A stretch of DNA of 64,000 nucleotides from Alphaproteobacteria bacterium (lineage in GTDB: Bacteria > Pseudomonadota > Alphaproteobacteria > SPJN01), in assembly GCA_049609145.1 (NCBI GenBank), contig JBMYYF010000003.1, forward strand, positions 152,256 to 216,255. Reading direction: 5' to 3'. Below, in pieces: positions 19,272 through 28,777 of this stretch (position 1 is the first letter of the stretch; the number at the start of each line of letters is the position of its first letter). Below the pieces are notes generated by a model. It saw only the letters and a program-made list of their open reading frames with translations. It was not told the origin of the DNA and did not search any database. Both the position numbers and the translations under genes were made by a program.

Positions 19272-21071
19272 TTACAGGCTTTTCGCCAAGGCCGCAGGCA
19301 CCCGGATCGGCGTATCCAATATTAATTGGGCATAGGTTTTGCCCTGTGGGTCGTTGCGCACAGAAGCAACACCGCCGCCGCCCAACACATCATGCAGCAA
19401 AAAGTTGATGGCGTTGGAGCCGGGCATATAGAACCGCTCGACGCTGCCATCAAGGAAATGTGCAAAATGCTTGGCAATGGCAGCCTCATCCAACGCCGCC
19501 CAAATATATGGCAAGTATGCGGCTTTGCGCGCGATGACGCCGATATTGGCTTTATTGCCCTTATCCCCGCTGCGACCCCATGCCAATGCCACCAAAGGCA
19601 CCTCCACCACATCCCCCGATAGATCAGGTGCCGCAGGTGGTGCGGGCGGTGTGCTCGCTTTGGGATCGTATGGCACCACAACTTTGTCGGTGAACGTCTC
19701 TGTTTTGCCATCCACATCCACCGTAATAGGCACTTGCCCCTTATCAATGGTCATGGAAAACAGCCGCACAACAGGCGATGGCTTGGCACGATTACCTGCG
19801 AAGCCCGCCAAGCCGGGGGGTGCCGCAAGAGCCAAGCCCGTCGCCTCACGCAGCATGATTGCGATGCCTGCTTGATCGGGATGTTTGGCGGCGATCTTCA
19901 CATCCACTTCCCGCGCGCCTTGAATGCGGCGCGCGTCACCATAGTGATCTTCTGCGCCAATCACCTCAACCTCGGTATGGGTAAAATCAGGCATGTTCAA
20001 ACGGTGGAACTGCTTGCGCGCCCGCGCATAAACAGCATCTGTGAAGGCACGCGCTTTTCTATCAGCATCAATCCCGCAATAGGTAAACACCGTGCCACCG
20101 CGCCAGCCATCGCTAAACGTCGTAGAAACCTTATAGCTATCAGGCACCCCTGCCCCCTTGGCATGAGACACCTTCACGCGATCGCGGCCCAATTCTTCCA
20201 ATTGCACTTGGGAGAAATCGCAAACCACATCTGGCAGGAAGTAAGCCTGCGGATCGCCGATTTCATACAGCATTTGTTCAGCCACGGTGCCAACCATCAC
20301 CCGGCCACCTGTGCCCGCAGGCTTGGTGGTGACGAACGACCCATCAGCGCTGACCTCTGCAATTGGATAACCAATATCCTCATAGGTACCGACAATTTCT
20401 TCCCAATCGGTGAAATTGCCACCTGTAGCTTGCGGACCGCATTCCAGAATATGCCCGCACAATGAGCCGCCCGCCAATTCGTCCAAATCTTCCGGCTGCC
20501 AGCCAAAGGCGTGAATGCACGCGCCCAGTGTCACCGCGCTATCCACGGAACGTCCGGTAATCACGATATCTGCGCCTTCATTCAACGCCTTGGCGACAGG
20601 GAATGCCCCCAAATAGGCATTCATGGACAAAATATTATCGGGATCGGGAAAGCCTTCGCCGGTGAACATCTCCGCCGGGGCGGTTGCACCAATTTCGGCA
20701 CGCCGCTCAACCAAATCATCCCCCACCACAACAGCAACTTTCAGATCAAGCCCAAGCTCTTGCACCAAGGCGCGCACCGCTGCGCCACAGGCTGCCGGGT
20801 TCACCCCACCGGCATTGGACAATATCTTGACGCCTTGATTGGCGATCTCCGTCAAATTTTGTTTGAGCGCGACGGAAACGAAGTCGCCCGCATAACCCAT
20901 ATCGGGATTTTTGGCGCGCGCGCGTGCCATGATAGACATGGTGATCTCTGCCAAATAGTCATAGACGATGAAATCAAGATTGCCATCACCCAGCAACTGG
21001 GTGGTTGCGTGCCCGGCATCGCCCCAAAAACCGCTGGCCCCACCGATACGAATTGTTTTGCTATCACTCAT
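19272..21071 (-). CDS. fused DUF1446 (AtuA-like) / DUF4387 protein
   Basis: N-terminal MSDSKTIRIGGASGFWGD typical of DUF1446; C-terminal ~100 aa resembles DUF4387; 599 aa. Confidence 0.6.
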   Translation of the reverse strand: MSDSKTIRIGGASGFWGDAGHATTQLLGDGNLDFIVYDYLAEITMSIMARARAKNPDMGYAGDFVSVALKQNLTEIANQGVKILSNAGGVNPAACGAAVRALVQELGLDLKVAVVVGDDLVERRAEIGATAPAEMFTGEGFPDPDNILSMNAYLGAFPVAKALNEGADIVITGRSVDSAVTLGACIHAFGWQPEDLDELAGGSLCGHILECGPQATGGNFTDWEEIVGTYEDIGYPIAEVSADGSFVTTKPAGTGGRVMVGTVAEQMLYEIGDPQAYFLPDVVCDFSQVQLEELGRDRVKVSHAKGAGVPDSYKVSTTFSDGWRGGTVFTYCGIDADRKARAFTDAVYARARKQFHRLNMPDFTHTEVEVIGAEDHYGDARRIQGAREVDVKIAAKHPDQAGIAIMLREATGLALAAPPGLAGFAGNRAKPSPVVRLFSMTIDKGQVPITVDVDGKTETFTDKVVVPYDPKASTPPAPPAAPDLSGDVVEVPLVALAWGRSGDKGNKANIGVIARKAAYLPYIWAALDEAAIAKHFAHFLDGSVERFYMPGSNAINFLLHDVLGGGGVASVRNDPQGKTYAQLILDTPIRVPAALAKSL

Positions 21072-21082
21072 TTGGGGGCTCC

Positions 21083-21691
21083 TTAAGCGTCTTTAATGCG
21101 TTGATAGGCGGGGCGATCGGTAATGCGATCCCACCAGCGTTGTATGTTGGGCGTGAAGGCCTCTTCGATCTTCAGGTCTTTTGCCAGGAACAAGGCATAG
21201 CCCACGGCGATATCTGCCATGGTAAAGCGCCCGCCTGCCATATAGTCATTATCTTCGGCCCAGCTTTCAACACTGCGCAAGCGGGCTAAAAACCAGCCTT
21301 TGTAATCTTCTGCCACTTGGGGCTGGCGGCGTTCCTCCGGCTCTAATGCCGTATAGCGCAGCACCAAGGTTTGCGGGAAAGTCAGCGTCGCGTCGGACCT
21401 GTGCAGCCAGTTGATATAATCGCCATAGCCCGGCTCATCTACCCGCACCTCTAAATCGGTCGGGCCATATTTCGCGGCAAGATACTGGCAGCAGCCCGCA
21501 CTCTCCGTAATACGCGCTTCACCATCCACCAAAAGCGGGATCGTACCCAGCGGGTTTTCCTGCTTGTATTCCTTATGAAAAACTCGGGGCGGGAACGGCA
21601 TGGTGATCAACTCATATTCCAGACCCATTTCTTCCAGCGCCCAAACCGCGCGCAAGGAACGTGCGCCTTTGCAGTGATAGAGTGTGATCAT
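21083..21691 (-). CDS. glutathione S-transferase family protein
   Basis: N-terminal thioredoxin-like GST fold (ITLYHCKGARSLR...), 202 aa. Confidence 0.75.
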   Translation of the reverse strand: MITLYHCKGARSLRAVWALEEMGLEYELITMPFPPRVFHKEYKQENPLGTIPLLVDGEARITESAGCCQYLAAKYGPTDLEVRVDEPGYGDYINWLHRSDATLTFPQTLVLRYTALEPEERRQPQVAEDYKGWFLARLRSVESWAEDNDYMAGGRFTMADIAVGYALFLAKDLKIEEAFTPNIQRWWDRITDRPAYQRIKDA

Positions 21692-21726
21692 GCTTTTCTC
21701 CCAAACTTGACTTTGCTGAAAATGTC

Positions 21727-22869
21727 TTACGCCATCGCGCGGCTGGGGGAAAGCGCCGCAACCTCAAGCCCGGCAGCCGCAATATCCGCGGGCACTGTGT
21801 CGCCTAACACCAAGGCCGCAGCAACACGCGCCATGGCAGGCGCGGTTTGAATACCGTATCCCCCCTGCCCGGCCAGCCAGAAAAAGCCCTGTTTCCCCGG
21901 TTCAAAGCCCACAATCGGCACCCCATCAGGCGCGAAGGTGCGCAACCCAGCCCATTTGTGCTCAATGCGCGGAATATCCAGCGTGGTGGCCCGCATAATC
22001 TTATCGGCACAGATGGCAACATCCATCTCATCCGGCTGGGCATCGTGGGGCCGCATTTCCGTCTCATCACAGGGCGATCCCAGCAATAGCCCTGCTTCAT
22101 GCTTGAAGTAGAATTCCTCGTCCACATCAATCACCAAGGGCCAATTGGCAATATCCAATCCGGCGGGTGCCTTGAAGGTAAGTGCCGTGCGGCGCAGGGG
22201 CCTGAGCCCTTTCTCGGCAACGCCGCATCGGCGGGCCACCGTATCGGCCCAGGCCCCTGCCGCGTTGATAATCAGTGGGGCTTCAAATATCCCTGCCGGT
22301 GTTTCCAGCATCCAAACATTGTCTTGCGACTTGCCCGCCAGAACTTCGGCCTTTGGCACAAATTCCGCCCCGCCCCCCAAAGCGCCGCGGAAAAACCCCA
22401 TATGGATTTCATTCACATCCATCGTAGCTGAATGTGGCTCAAACACTGCCCCGGCCACATATTCAGGGTTCAACACTGGTACACGGCGCACAACCTCGGC
22501 GCGCGCAAGCTGTTCAATACCGGAAAGCTGAGCTGTCAAATCCTGATATGTTTCATCAAGGCTGCCTTGTTGGTCGGCCCGGCCAATAAACAGGCAACCC
22601 ACATCAGGCCCCAAAAGGGGGTTTTCAGCGAATTCGTCCGGTGTTTCTTTAAAGAAAGGCCCACTGGCATTGGTAAGCGCAATAATGGGCGGCGGCCCAT
22701 ATCCCAAGGCATACATGGCCGCAGAACGCCCCGTCGTGTGATAGCCGGGACTGTTTTCCTGTTCCAACAGCACCACTTTGCAGCCAGCCCGAGCCAGTTC
22801 ATAGGCCACAGAAGCCCCGGCCATACCGGCCCCGACAACCGCCACATCATATGTTCGACTTTCGCTCAT
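21727..22869 (-). CDS. FAD-dependent oxidoreductase (DAO family)
   Basis: YDVAVVGAGMAGASVAYELA dinucleotide fold; start moved to MSESRTYD (22869) from the longer ORF-track start. Confidence 0.7.
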   Translation of the reverse strand: MSESRTYDVAVVGAGMAGASVAYELARAGCKVVLLEQENSPGYHTTGRSAAMYALGYGPPPIIALTNASGPFFKETPDEFAENPLLGPDVGCLFIGRADQQGSLDETYQDLTAQLSGIEQLARAEVVRRVPVLNPEYVAGAVFEPHSATMDVNEIHMGFFRGALGGGAEFVPKAEVLAGKSQDNVWMLETPAGIFEAPLIINAAGAWADTVARRCGVAEKGLRPLRRTALTFKAPAGLDIANWPLVIDVDEEFYFKHEAGLLLGSPCDETEMRPHDAQPDEMDVAICADKIMRATTLDIPRIEHKWAGLRTFAPDGVPIVGFEPGKQGFFWLAGQGGYGIQTAPAMARVAAALVLGDTVPADIAAAGLEVAALSPSRAMA

Positions 22870-23035
22870 GCCCCGCATGTCGCACAGCCAGACTTGCGCC
22901 ACAAGGCCCATATGGGCGCTATCTGTGACCATTGGCCAACCTTGACTTTAGGGGGTGGCAGTTGGACAAGACCTTGCCTTACAATCTCCATGATTGTTTA
23001 GAAGAATCATCGCCTTAATTATCAGGGACTACACC

Positions 23036-24298
23036 ATGGCGTTTCGTGCCGCACTAATTGGTTTGATTGGCATTTTTGCTCTTATGCTTCCGGCTTCCTC
23101 CGCCGTGCGGGCACAGGAAGAAGATGTGCAAAAAATTGCTGCCATTGTGAACGATGAACTCATTTCTGAATATGATGTTGATCAACGGCTTTTGCTGGTT
23201 TTTGCCTCATCGGGACGACGTCCCGGGGCAGAAATTCTGGAACAGATGCGGCCAGAAATTCTAGGCACCCTGATCGATGAAAAACTGCAACTGCAAGCCG
23301 CCCGTGAGTTTGAACTCACCATGTCGGAAGAAGAATTGCTGAACGCGGTTGAATATATCGCCAGCCAAAACGATATGGACGCTTCGGCCTTTCGTTCCCG
23401 CTTGGGCGCAGCCGGTGTTGCCTGGCGCGGCTATCTGGAACAAGTGCGCGCCAATCTGGTTTGGGATCGCCTGGTCCGGGGCCGTTTCTCAGGCTCCGTC
23501 ACCGTATCTGAAGAAGACGTGGAAGCTTATTTGGCCCGCATTAAAGAAAATGCCGACAAGCCTGAACGCCGCGTCGCAGAAATTTTTCTGGCAGTCGATA
23601 ACCCAGAAGAAGATCAAGCCGTCGCGCGGCAAGCCGCTGCCATCTATTCCCAGCTTGAACAAGGTGCCAGCTTCCCCGAAATGGCCCGTCAGTTTTCGCA
23701 AGCAGCAACTGCCGCCACAGGTGGCGATATCGGCTGGGTACGGGAAGGATTACTTGACCCCGAAATTGATGCCACCCTCAAGCAACTGCAACCGCGTGAA
23801 GTGTCTCGCCCGGTGCGCACCGTTGCAGGCTATCACATTGTACTGGTCATCAATGAGCGCACGCTCGGTAAGGCAGACCCGGATAAAGATCGTTACACCA
23901 TCAAGCAAGTTGCCATTCCCTTCGGTGAAGATGGTGGCATCAAGGCAGAAGCAGATTTGACCGATCTGCGCACCGAGATCAATTCTTGTTCATCTGTTGA
24001 TCGCTTGGCGGCGCAGGTTGAAAATGCGCGCGTACTGGATTTTGGTACATTAATTGCCGCAGATTTGGCCGGCGATATGCGCGAAAAACTCACCCCGCTG
24101 ACAACTGGCGGTAAAACAGCGATTGAGCCAACAGAAACCGACGTGCGCTTTCTTTATGTGTGCGAGAAAGTCGCCGACAAGCCAGCCCTGCCCACCAAGG
24201 CAGATATCGATAATCGACTTTCGGGACAACAAATTGCCCGCATGGCACGTCGCTATCTACGCGATTTACGGCGCGACGCCACGATCGAATACCGCTAG
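23036..24298 (+). CDS. surA: periplasmic chaperone / peptidyl-prolyl isomerase SurA
   Basis: signal peptide MAFRAALIGLIGIFALMLPASSAVRA, SurA N-domain plus parvulin domain; followed by pdxA-rsmA as in the classical surA-pdxA-ksgA locus. Confidence 0.75.
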   Translation: MAFRAALIGLIGIFALMLPASSAVRAQEEDVQKIAAIVNDELISEYDVDQRLLLVFASSGRRPGAEILEQMRPEILGTLIDEKLQLQAAREFELTMSEEELLNAVEYIASQNDMDASAFRSRLGAAGVAWRGYLEQVRANLVWDRLVRGRFSGSVTVSEEDVEAYLARIKENADKPERRVAEIFLAVDNPEEDQAVARQAAAIYSQLEQGASFPEMARQFSQAATAATGGDIGWVREGLLDPEIDATLKQLQPREVSRPVRTVAGYHIVLVINERTLGKADPDKDRYTIKQVAIPFGEDGGIKAEADLTDLRTEINSCSSVDRLAAQVENARVLDFGTLIAADLAGDMREKLTPLTTGGKTAIEPTETDVRFLYVCEKVADKPALPTKADIDNRLSGQQIARMARRYLRDLRRDATIEYR

Positions 24299-24304
24299 TC
24301 GCAC

Positions 24305-25318
24305 ATGGGCTCCCGTAAAGGCTCTGCCCCCCCTATCGCTGTGACACAAGGCACCCCTGAGGGCATCGGTGCAGAGGTGCTGTTAAAGGCCGTGGCCCAT
24401 GGCGGCCTACCGCCGCTTTATGCCATCGCAGACCCCACACATTTGGCCGACACGGCCAAGGCTTTGGGCTTGGAGGTGGCAATTAAAACCATCTCATCGG
24501 CAGCGGAGGTTGCAGCCTTTTCCGGCACATCGGTATTGCCGGTTCGCCCAAGCCCGCTGGCCTGCACGCCTATACCTGCCCAACCGAATATTGAAAACGC
24601 CGCCGCCACCATCGCCTCGATCGAACAGGCCATGAAAGATGTGCAAGCAGGTGACGCAAGCGCCATCTGCACACTGCCGCTGGCAAAATCTGTTCTGCAA
24701 GCGGCGGGATTTTCCCATCCCGGTCACACCGAGTTTTTAGGTGCCCTGTGTGGTAACGCACAAAAACCGATGATGATGTTGGCCGTACCCGGTTTGCGGG
24801 TCGTGCTGGCCACCATTCACCAACCGCTTGCCAGTGTGTCAGTCACACTCAGCCAATCGCGGGTAGAGGATATTGCGCAGCGCACCCTGCAAGCACTCAC
24901 GCAAGATTTCGGCATCACTGCACCCCGCTTGGCAGTTGCCGCCTTCAATCCCCACGGCGGGGAAGATGGCACGCTGGGCCGCGAAGAAATTGAGATTATC
25001 GCCCCAGCCTGCGCCGCGCTTAGGGCCGCGGGGCTGGCTGTCAGCGGGCCGCATCCGGCTGATACGCTGTTTCATGCCGCAGCGCGTGAAACCTATGATG
25101 CCGCGCTTTGCATGTATCATGATCAAGCGTTGATCCCGCTCAAAACCATAGATTTCGCGCGCGGGGTCAATATCACCTTGGGCCTGCCCATTGTGCGCAC
25201 CTCGCCCGATCATGGCACCGCGTTTGATATTGCGGGCAAAGGCATCGCCGACCCGCGCAGCTTGATCGAGGCACTCAACACCGCCTATGCAATTGCCGGG
25301 CAGCGGCGCAATGGTTGA
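24305..25318 (+). CDS. pdxA: 4-hydroxythreonine-4-phosphate dehydrogenase
   Basis: PdxA motifs (GHTEFL, HGTAFDIAGKG). Confidence 0.85.
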   Translation: MGSRKGSAPPIAVTQGTPEGIGAEVLLKAVAHGGLPPLYAIADPTHLADTAKALGLEVAIKTISSAAEVAAFSGTSVLPVRPSPLACTPIPAQPNIENAAATIASIEQAMKDVQAGDASAICTLPLAKSVLQAAGFSHPGHTEFLGALCGNAQKPMMMLAVPGLRVVLATIHQPLASVSVTLSQSRVEDIAQRTLQALTQDFGITAPRLAVAAFNPHGGEDGTLGREEIEIIAPACAALRAAGLAVSGPHPADTLFHAAARETYDAALCMYHDQALIPLKTIDFARGVNITLGLPIVRTSPDHGTAFDIAGKGIADPRSLIEALNTAYAIAGQRRNG

Positions 25319-26180
25319 GCAGACCTACAACACCTTGGATGGCTTGCCACCGTTGCGAGACATCATCGCGCAAGCAAATCTAAAAGCCGACAAATCGCTG
25401 GGCCAGAACTTCTTGCTGGACCTGAATTTAACCGACAAAATCGCCCGCGCCGCCGGTCCCTTCGCAGACCATACCGTGCTGGAAGTTGGTCCCGGCCCCG
25501 GCGGGCTGACCCGCATGTTGCTGGCACATGAGGCAAGCCCCCTCATCGCCATCGAACAGGACGACAGGGCCGTTAAAGCCCTAGCCTATCTACAGGCCGC
25601 CCACGGCACCGCGTTTGATCTGCGCGCCGGCGATGCGCTCGCCTTAAACATTTCAACCTTGGGTGACAGGCCAATCAAAATCGTTGCCAATTTGCCGTAC
25701 AACATTGCCACCCCCTTATTGATCAACTGGCTGGTTGAGATCGAACAGCGCCACGCCAACGTCACCTCCATGACTTTGATGTTTCAGAAAGAGGTGGCTG
25801 ATCGCATTGCCGCCCAGCCCGGCACCAAGCAATGGGGGCGGTTGTCAATCCTCAGCCAATGGCTGTGCGAAACCCGTCGCCTGTTTGACCTGCCGCCGGA
25901 AGCCTTCACACCGCCGCCCAAAATCACATCAACCATTGTGCAACTTACGCCCCGCGCCCAACCCTTGGCCGCAGCGCGCAGCGAAACTTTGCAAAAAGTC
26001 GTTGCACAGGCCTTCAACCAACGACGCAAAATGCTGCGCCAATCCCTAAAGCCCCTTGGGGGTGAAGCCTTGCTGGAAAAAGGCGGGATAGACCCCACAA
26101 GGCGGGCCGAAACCCTTTCGATCGAAGAATTTTGCGCTTTGGCCAATATACTGGACGAAACCGAACCCCAAAATGCTTGA
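25311..26180 (+). CDS. rsmA: 16S rRNA (adenine1518/1519-N6)-dimethyltransferase
   Basis: LGQNFL..., VLEVGPGPGGLT SAM motif; 8-nt overlap with pdxA. Confidence 0.85.
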   Translation: MVEQTYNTLDGLPPLRDIIAQANLKADKSLGQNFLLDLNLTDKIARAAGPFADHTVLEVGPGPGGLTRMLLAHEASPLIAIEQDDRAVKALAYLQAAHGTAFDLRAGDALALNISTLGDRPIKIVANLPYNIATPLLINWLVEIEQRHANVTSMTLMFQKEVADRIAAQPGTKQWGRLSILSQWLCETRRLFDLPPEAFTPPPKITSTIVQLTPRAQPLAAARSETLQKVVAQAFNQRRKMLRQSLKPLGGEALLEKGGIDPTRRAETLSIEEFCALANILDETEPQNA

Positions 26181-26251
26181 TCCTGCCCGCGCACCAAGGC
26201 ACTCTGCGGCATCAAAATTCATCCAATGAACTCACCACAGGAATAGTTGTT

Positions 26252-27301
26252 ATGCACGCAGAACAGTTTGAAGAATATGGCCAAGCACTGGTTCGCAACG
26301 AAATGGAAACCCCCGCGCCCGCGGGCAAAGAAGTGCTGGTGAAAATCACCCATCGCGGCGTCTGCCATTCTGATGTCCATATTCATGATGGCTATTTCGG
26401 TCTGGGTGGCGATGCCAAGCTGGATGTGCGCGGCAACCGCCCCCTGCCCTTTACACTGGGTCACGAAATTGTGGGCGAGGTAGAGGCTATTGGCCCCGAT
26501 GCCTCCGGCGTCAGCATTGGTGACAAGGTTTCCGTTTACCCCTGGATCGGTTGTGGCGAATGCGCCATCTGCACCCGTGATGAAGAACAGTTCTGCACCG
26601 CGCCGCGCCATTTGGGCGTTGTGGTAGATGGCGGCTTTGCCAGCCATGTGATCGTGCCTGATGGGCGCTATTGCGTAGACTATGCAGGGGTAAGCCCCGC
26701 CATGGCAGCCGCGATTGCGTGTTCGGGCCTAACCGCCTATTCCGCCCTGCGCAAACTTGGCACCCCGGCAGAAAGCGACAGCATTGTGATTGTGGGCGCA
26801 GGCGGTGTTGGCATGATGGGCATTCAATTTGCCAAAGCCATGTTCGGCAAAGGCCCTATCGTGGTTGATATTGACGACGCCAAACTTGAAGCTGCCAAAG
26901 CCGCCGGTGCCTCCGATGTCGTCAACGGCAAGGATGAAGATGCCATTGCACAACTCATGGCCAAAACCGGTGGCGGCGCCTTCGGGTCCGTCGATTTTGT
27001 GGGCAATGAAGCCAGTTTCACCACCGCCCATTCATGCCTGCGCAAAGGCGGTTCCTGCTATGTGGTGGGCCTGTTCGGTGGCGGCTTTTCCATGCCGATC
27101 ACCATGTTCCCGCTGCGCGCCATCTCTATGGGCGGCAGCTTCGTCGGCTCCCTGGGTGAGTTCCGCGATTGCATTAAAATGGCGCAAGATGGCAAGGTAG
27201 CCGACATTCCCATGGAACACCGCACGCTTGATCAAGCCAGCCAGTCACTTGATGATCTGCGCGCAGGCAGCGTGATAGGCCGGGTGATATTGGAGGACTA
27301 A
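26252..27301 (+). CDS. zinc-dependent alcohol dehydrogenase family (MDR)
   Basis: GVCHSDVH catalytic zinc motif, structural zinc cysteines CGECAIC, GAGGVG NAD site; start trimmed to MHAEQ. Confidence 0.8.
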   Translation: MHAEQFEEYGQALVRNEMETPAPAGKEVLVKITHRGVCHSDVHIHDGYFGLGGDAKLDVRGNRPLPFTLGHEIVGEVEAIGPDASGVSIGDKVSVYPWIGCGECAICTRDEEQFCTAPRHLGVVVDGGFASHVIVPDGRYCVDYAGVSPAMAAAIACSGLTAYSALRKLGTPAESDSIVIVGAGGVGMMGIQFAKAMFGKGPIVVDIDDAKLEAAKAAGASDVVNGKDEDAIAQLMAKTGGGAFGSVDFVGNEASFTTAHSCLRKGGSCYVVGLFGGGFSMPITMFPLRAISMGGSFVGSLGEFRDCIKMAQDGKVADIPMEHRTLDQASQSLDDLRAGSVIGRVILED

Positions 27302-27331
27302 GCCTCTCCCAATATTCGCAAATACCTTAAA

Positions 27332-27357
27332 CCCCGGCCACCGCGTCGGGGTTTTTT
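27332..27357 (+). terminator. rho-independent terminator between convergent adh and der
   Basis: CCCCGGC-CACCGC-GTCGGGG hairpin followed by TTTTTT. Confidence 0.55.
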
Positions 27358-27373
27358 ACATCGAGATAGGGTT

Positions 27374-28744
27374 TTACCCCTTGCCCTTATCATCCACATA
27401 GGGGTTTTTCTGACTGCGCACATGAATGCGAATAGGCACACCCTTCAGGTCAAAGCGTTCGCGCAATCCATTCACCAAATAGCGACTGTAACTATCGGGC
27501 AATGATTCCGCCCGGCTGGCAAACAGCGCAAAGGTGGGGGGGCGTGTGCGGGCCTGCGTCATGTAACGCAGCCGAATGCGCCTGCCATTCACTGATGGCG
27601 GCGGATGGCGAATAATCATTTCATCCAGCCAGCGATTAAGCTGCCCGGTGCCAATCCGCGCATTCCAAACCTTGTAAATATCAATCACAGCAGGCATCAA
27701 CTTATCAACCGCGCGGCCTGTCATGGCAGAAAATGTCACCATCGGCACACCGCGCACTTGCGGCAGGCTTTCTTCCAGCAACAAGCGCAGCTCTTTTTGC
27801 ATGGCTTGCTTATCTTCCACCAAATCCCACTTATTAACCGCTATTACCAAGGCGCGGCCTTCGCGGGCAATTAGGGCCGCGATTGTTAAATCCTGCTTCT
27901 CAAAAGGTTGGGTCGCATCCAGCATGACCACCACCACTTCCGCGAATTTCACCGCGCGCAAGCCATCGGCGACCGATAGCTTCTCCAGCTTTTCATTCAC
28001 GCGCGCCTTTTTGCGCATACCGGCGGTGTCATGAAAACGAATGGCGTGGCGCTCACCATCCTTAGCGACATATTCCCAATCAACCGATATTGAATCGCGC
28101 GTAATGCCCGCTTCCGGCCCAGTCAGCAATCTATCTTGTCCGATCATATGATTGATAAGCGTAGACTTGCCCGCATTTGGCCGCCCGACGATCGCCACCT
28201 TGATCGGGCCTTCGGCGTTTTCATCGGCGTCTTCCGGCGCGGCTTCGGCAGCCGCTTCTGCAAAGGGGCGCATGGCCTCCAGCAAATCGGCCAGCCCTTC
28301 CCCGTGTTCGGCAGAAAACTTGATAGGATCGCCAAGTCCCAAACCAAAGGCTTCATAAAAGCCGGGGTCTGCGGCCTTGCCTTCGCATTTATTGGCCAAC
28401 ACCAATGAAGGCGTTGAGGTGCGTCGCATCACATCTGCAAAGTGGTTGTCCAGCGGGGTCACGCCCGCGCGCGCATCGATCAAAAACAGGCAAAGATCGG
28501 CATCAACAATGGCCTGCTCGCTTTGGGCACGCATTCGCGCCTCCAGCTTGCCGGGTTTGGCTTCTTCAAGACCCGCCGTATCGACAATCAAAAATTCCAG
28601 ATCACCCAGCGAACCAAAGGCTTCTCGCCTGTCGCGGGTCACACCCGGCGTATCATCCACCAGCGCCAAACGCTTACCGGCAAGCCGGTTAAAGAGTGTA
28701 GATTTCCCCACATTGGGCCGACCAACAATGGCAATTGTAAACAT
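27374..28744 (-). CDS. der: ribosome biogenesis GTPase Der (EngA)
   Basis: two GTPase domains (GRPNVGKST twice), KH-like C-terminus. Confidence 0.9.
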   Translation of the reverse strand: MFTIAIVGRPNVGKSTLFNRLAGKRLALVDDTPGVTRDRREAFGSLGDLEFLIVDTAGLEEAKPGKLEARMRAQSEQAIVDADLCLFLIDARAGVTPLDNHFADVMRRTSTPSLVLANKCEGKAADPGFYEAFGLGLGDPIKFSAEHGEGLADLLEAMRPFAEAAAEAAPEDADENAEGPIKVAIVGRPNAGKSTLINHMIGQDRLLTGPEAGITRDSISVDWEYVAKDGERHAIRFHDTAGMRKKARVNEKLEKLSVADGLRAVKFAEVVVVMLDATQPFEKQDLTIAALIAREGRALVIAVNKWDLVEDKQAMQKELRLLLEESLPQVRGVPMVTFSAMTGRAVDKLMPAVIDIYKVWNARIGTGQLNRWLDEMIIRHPPPSVNGRRIRLRYMTQARTRPPTFALFASRAESLPDSYSRYLVNGLRERFDLKGVPIRIHVRSQKNPYVDDKGKG

Positions 28745-28777
28745 AGGTGGTCACCCCAATATGTGATCCCTTGCCGC

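Noticed and set aside
19734-20465. 243-aa plus-strand ORF
   Set aside because: Antisense to the DUF1446 gene, with no recognisable domain and His/Arg-rich composition.
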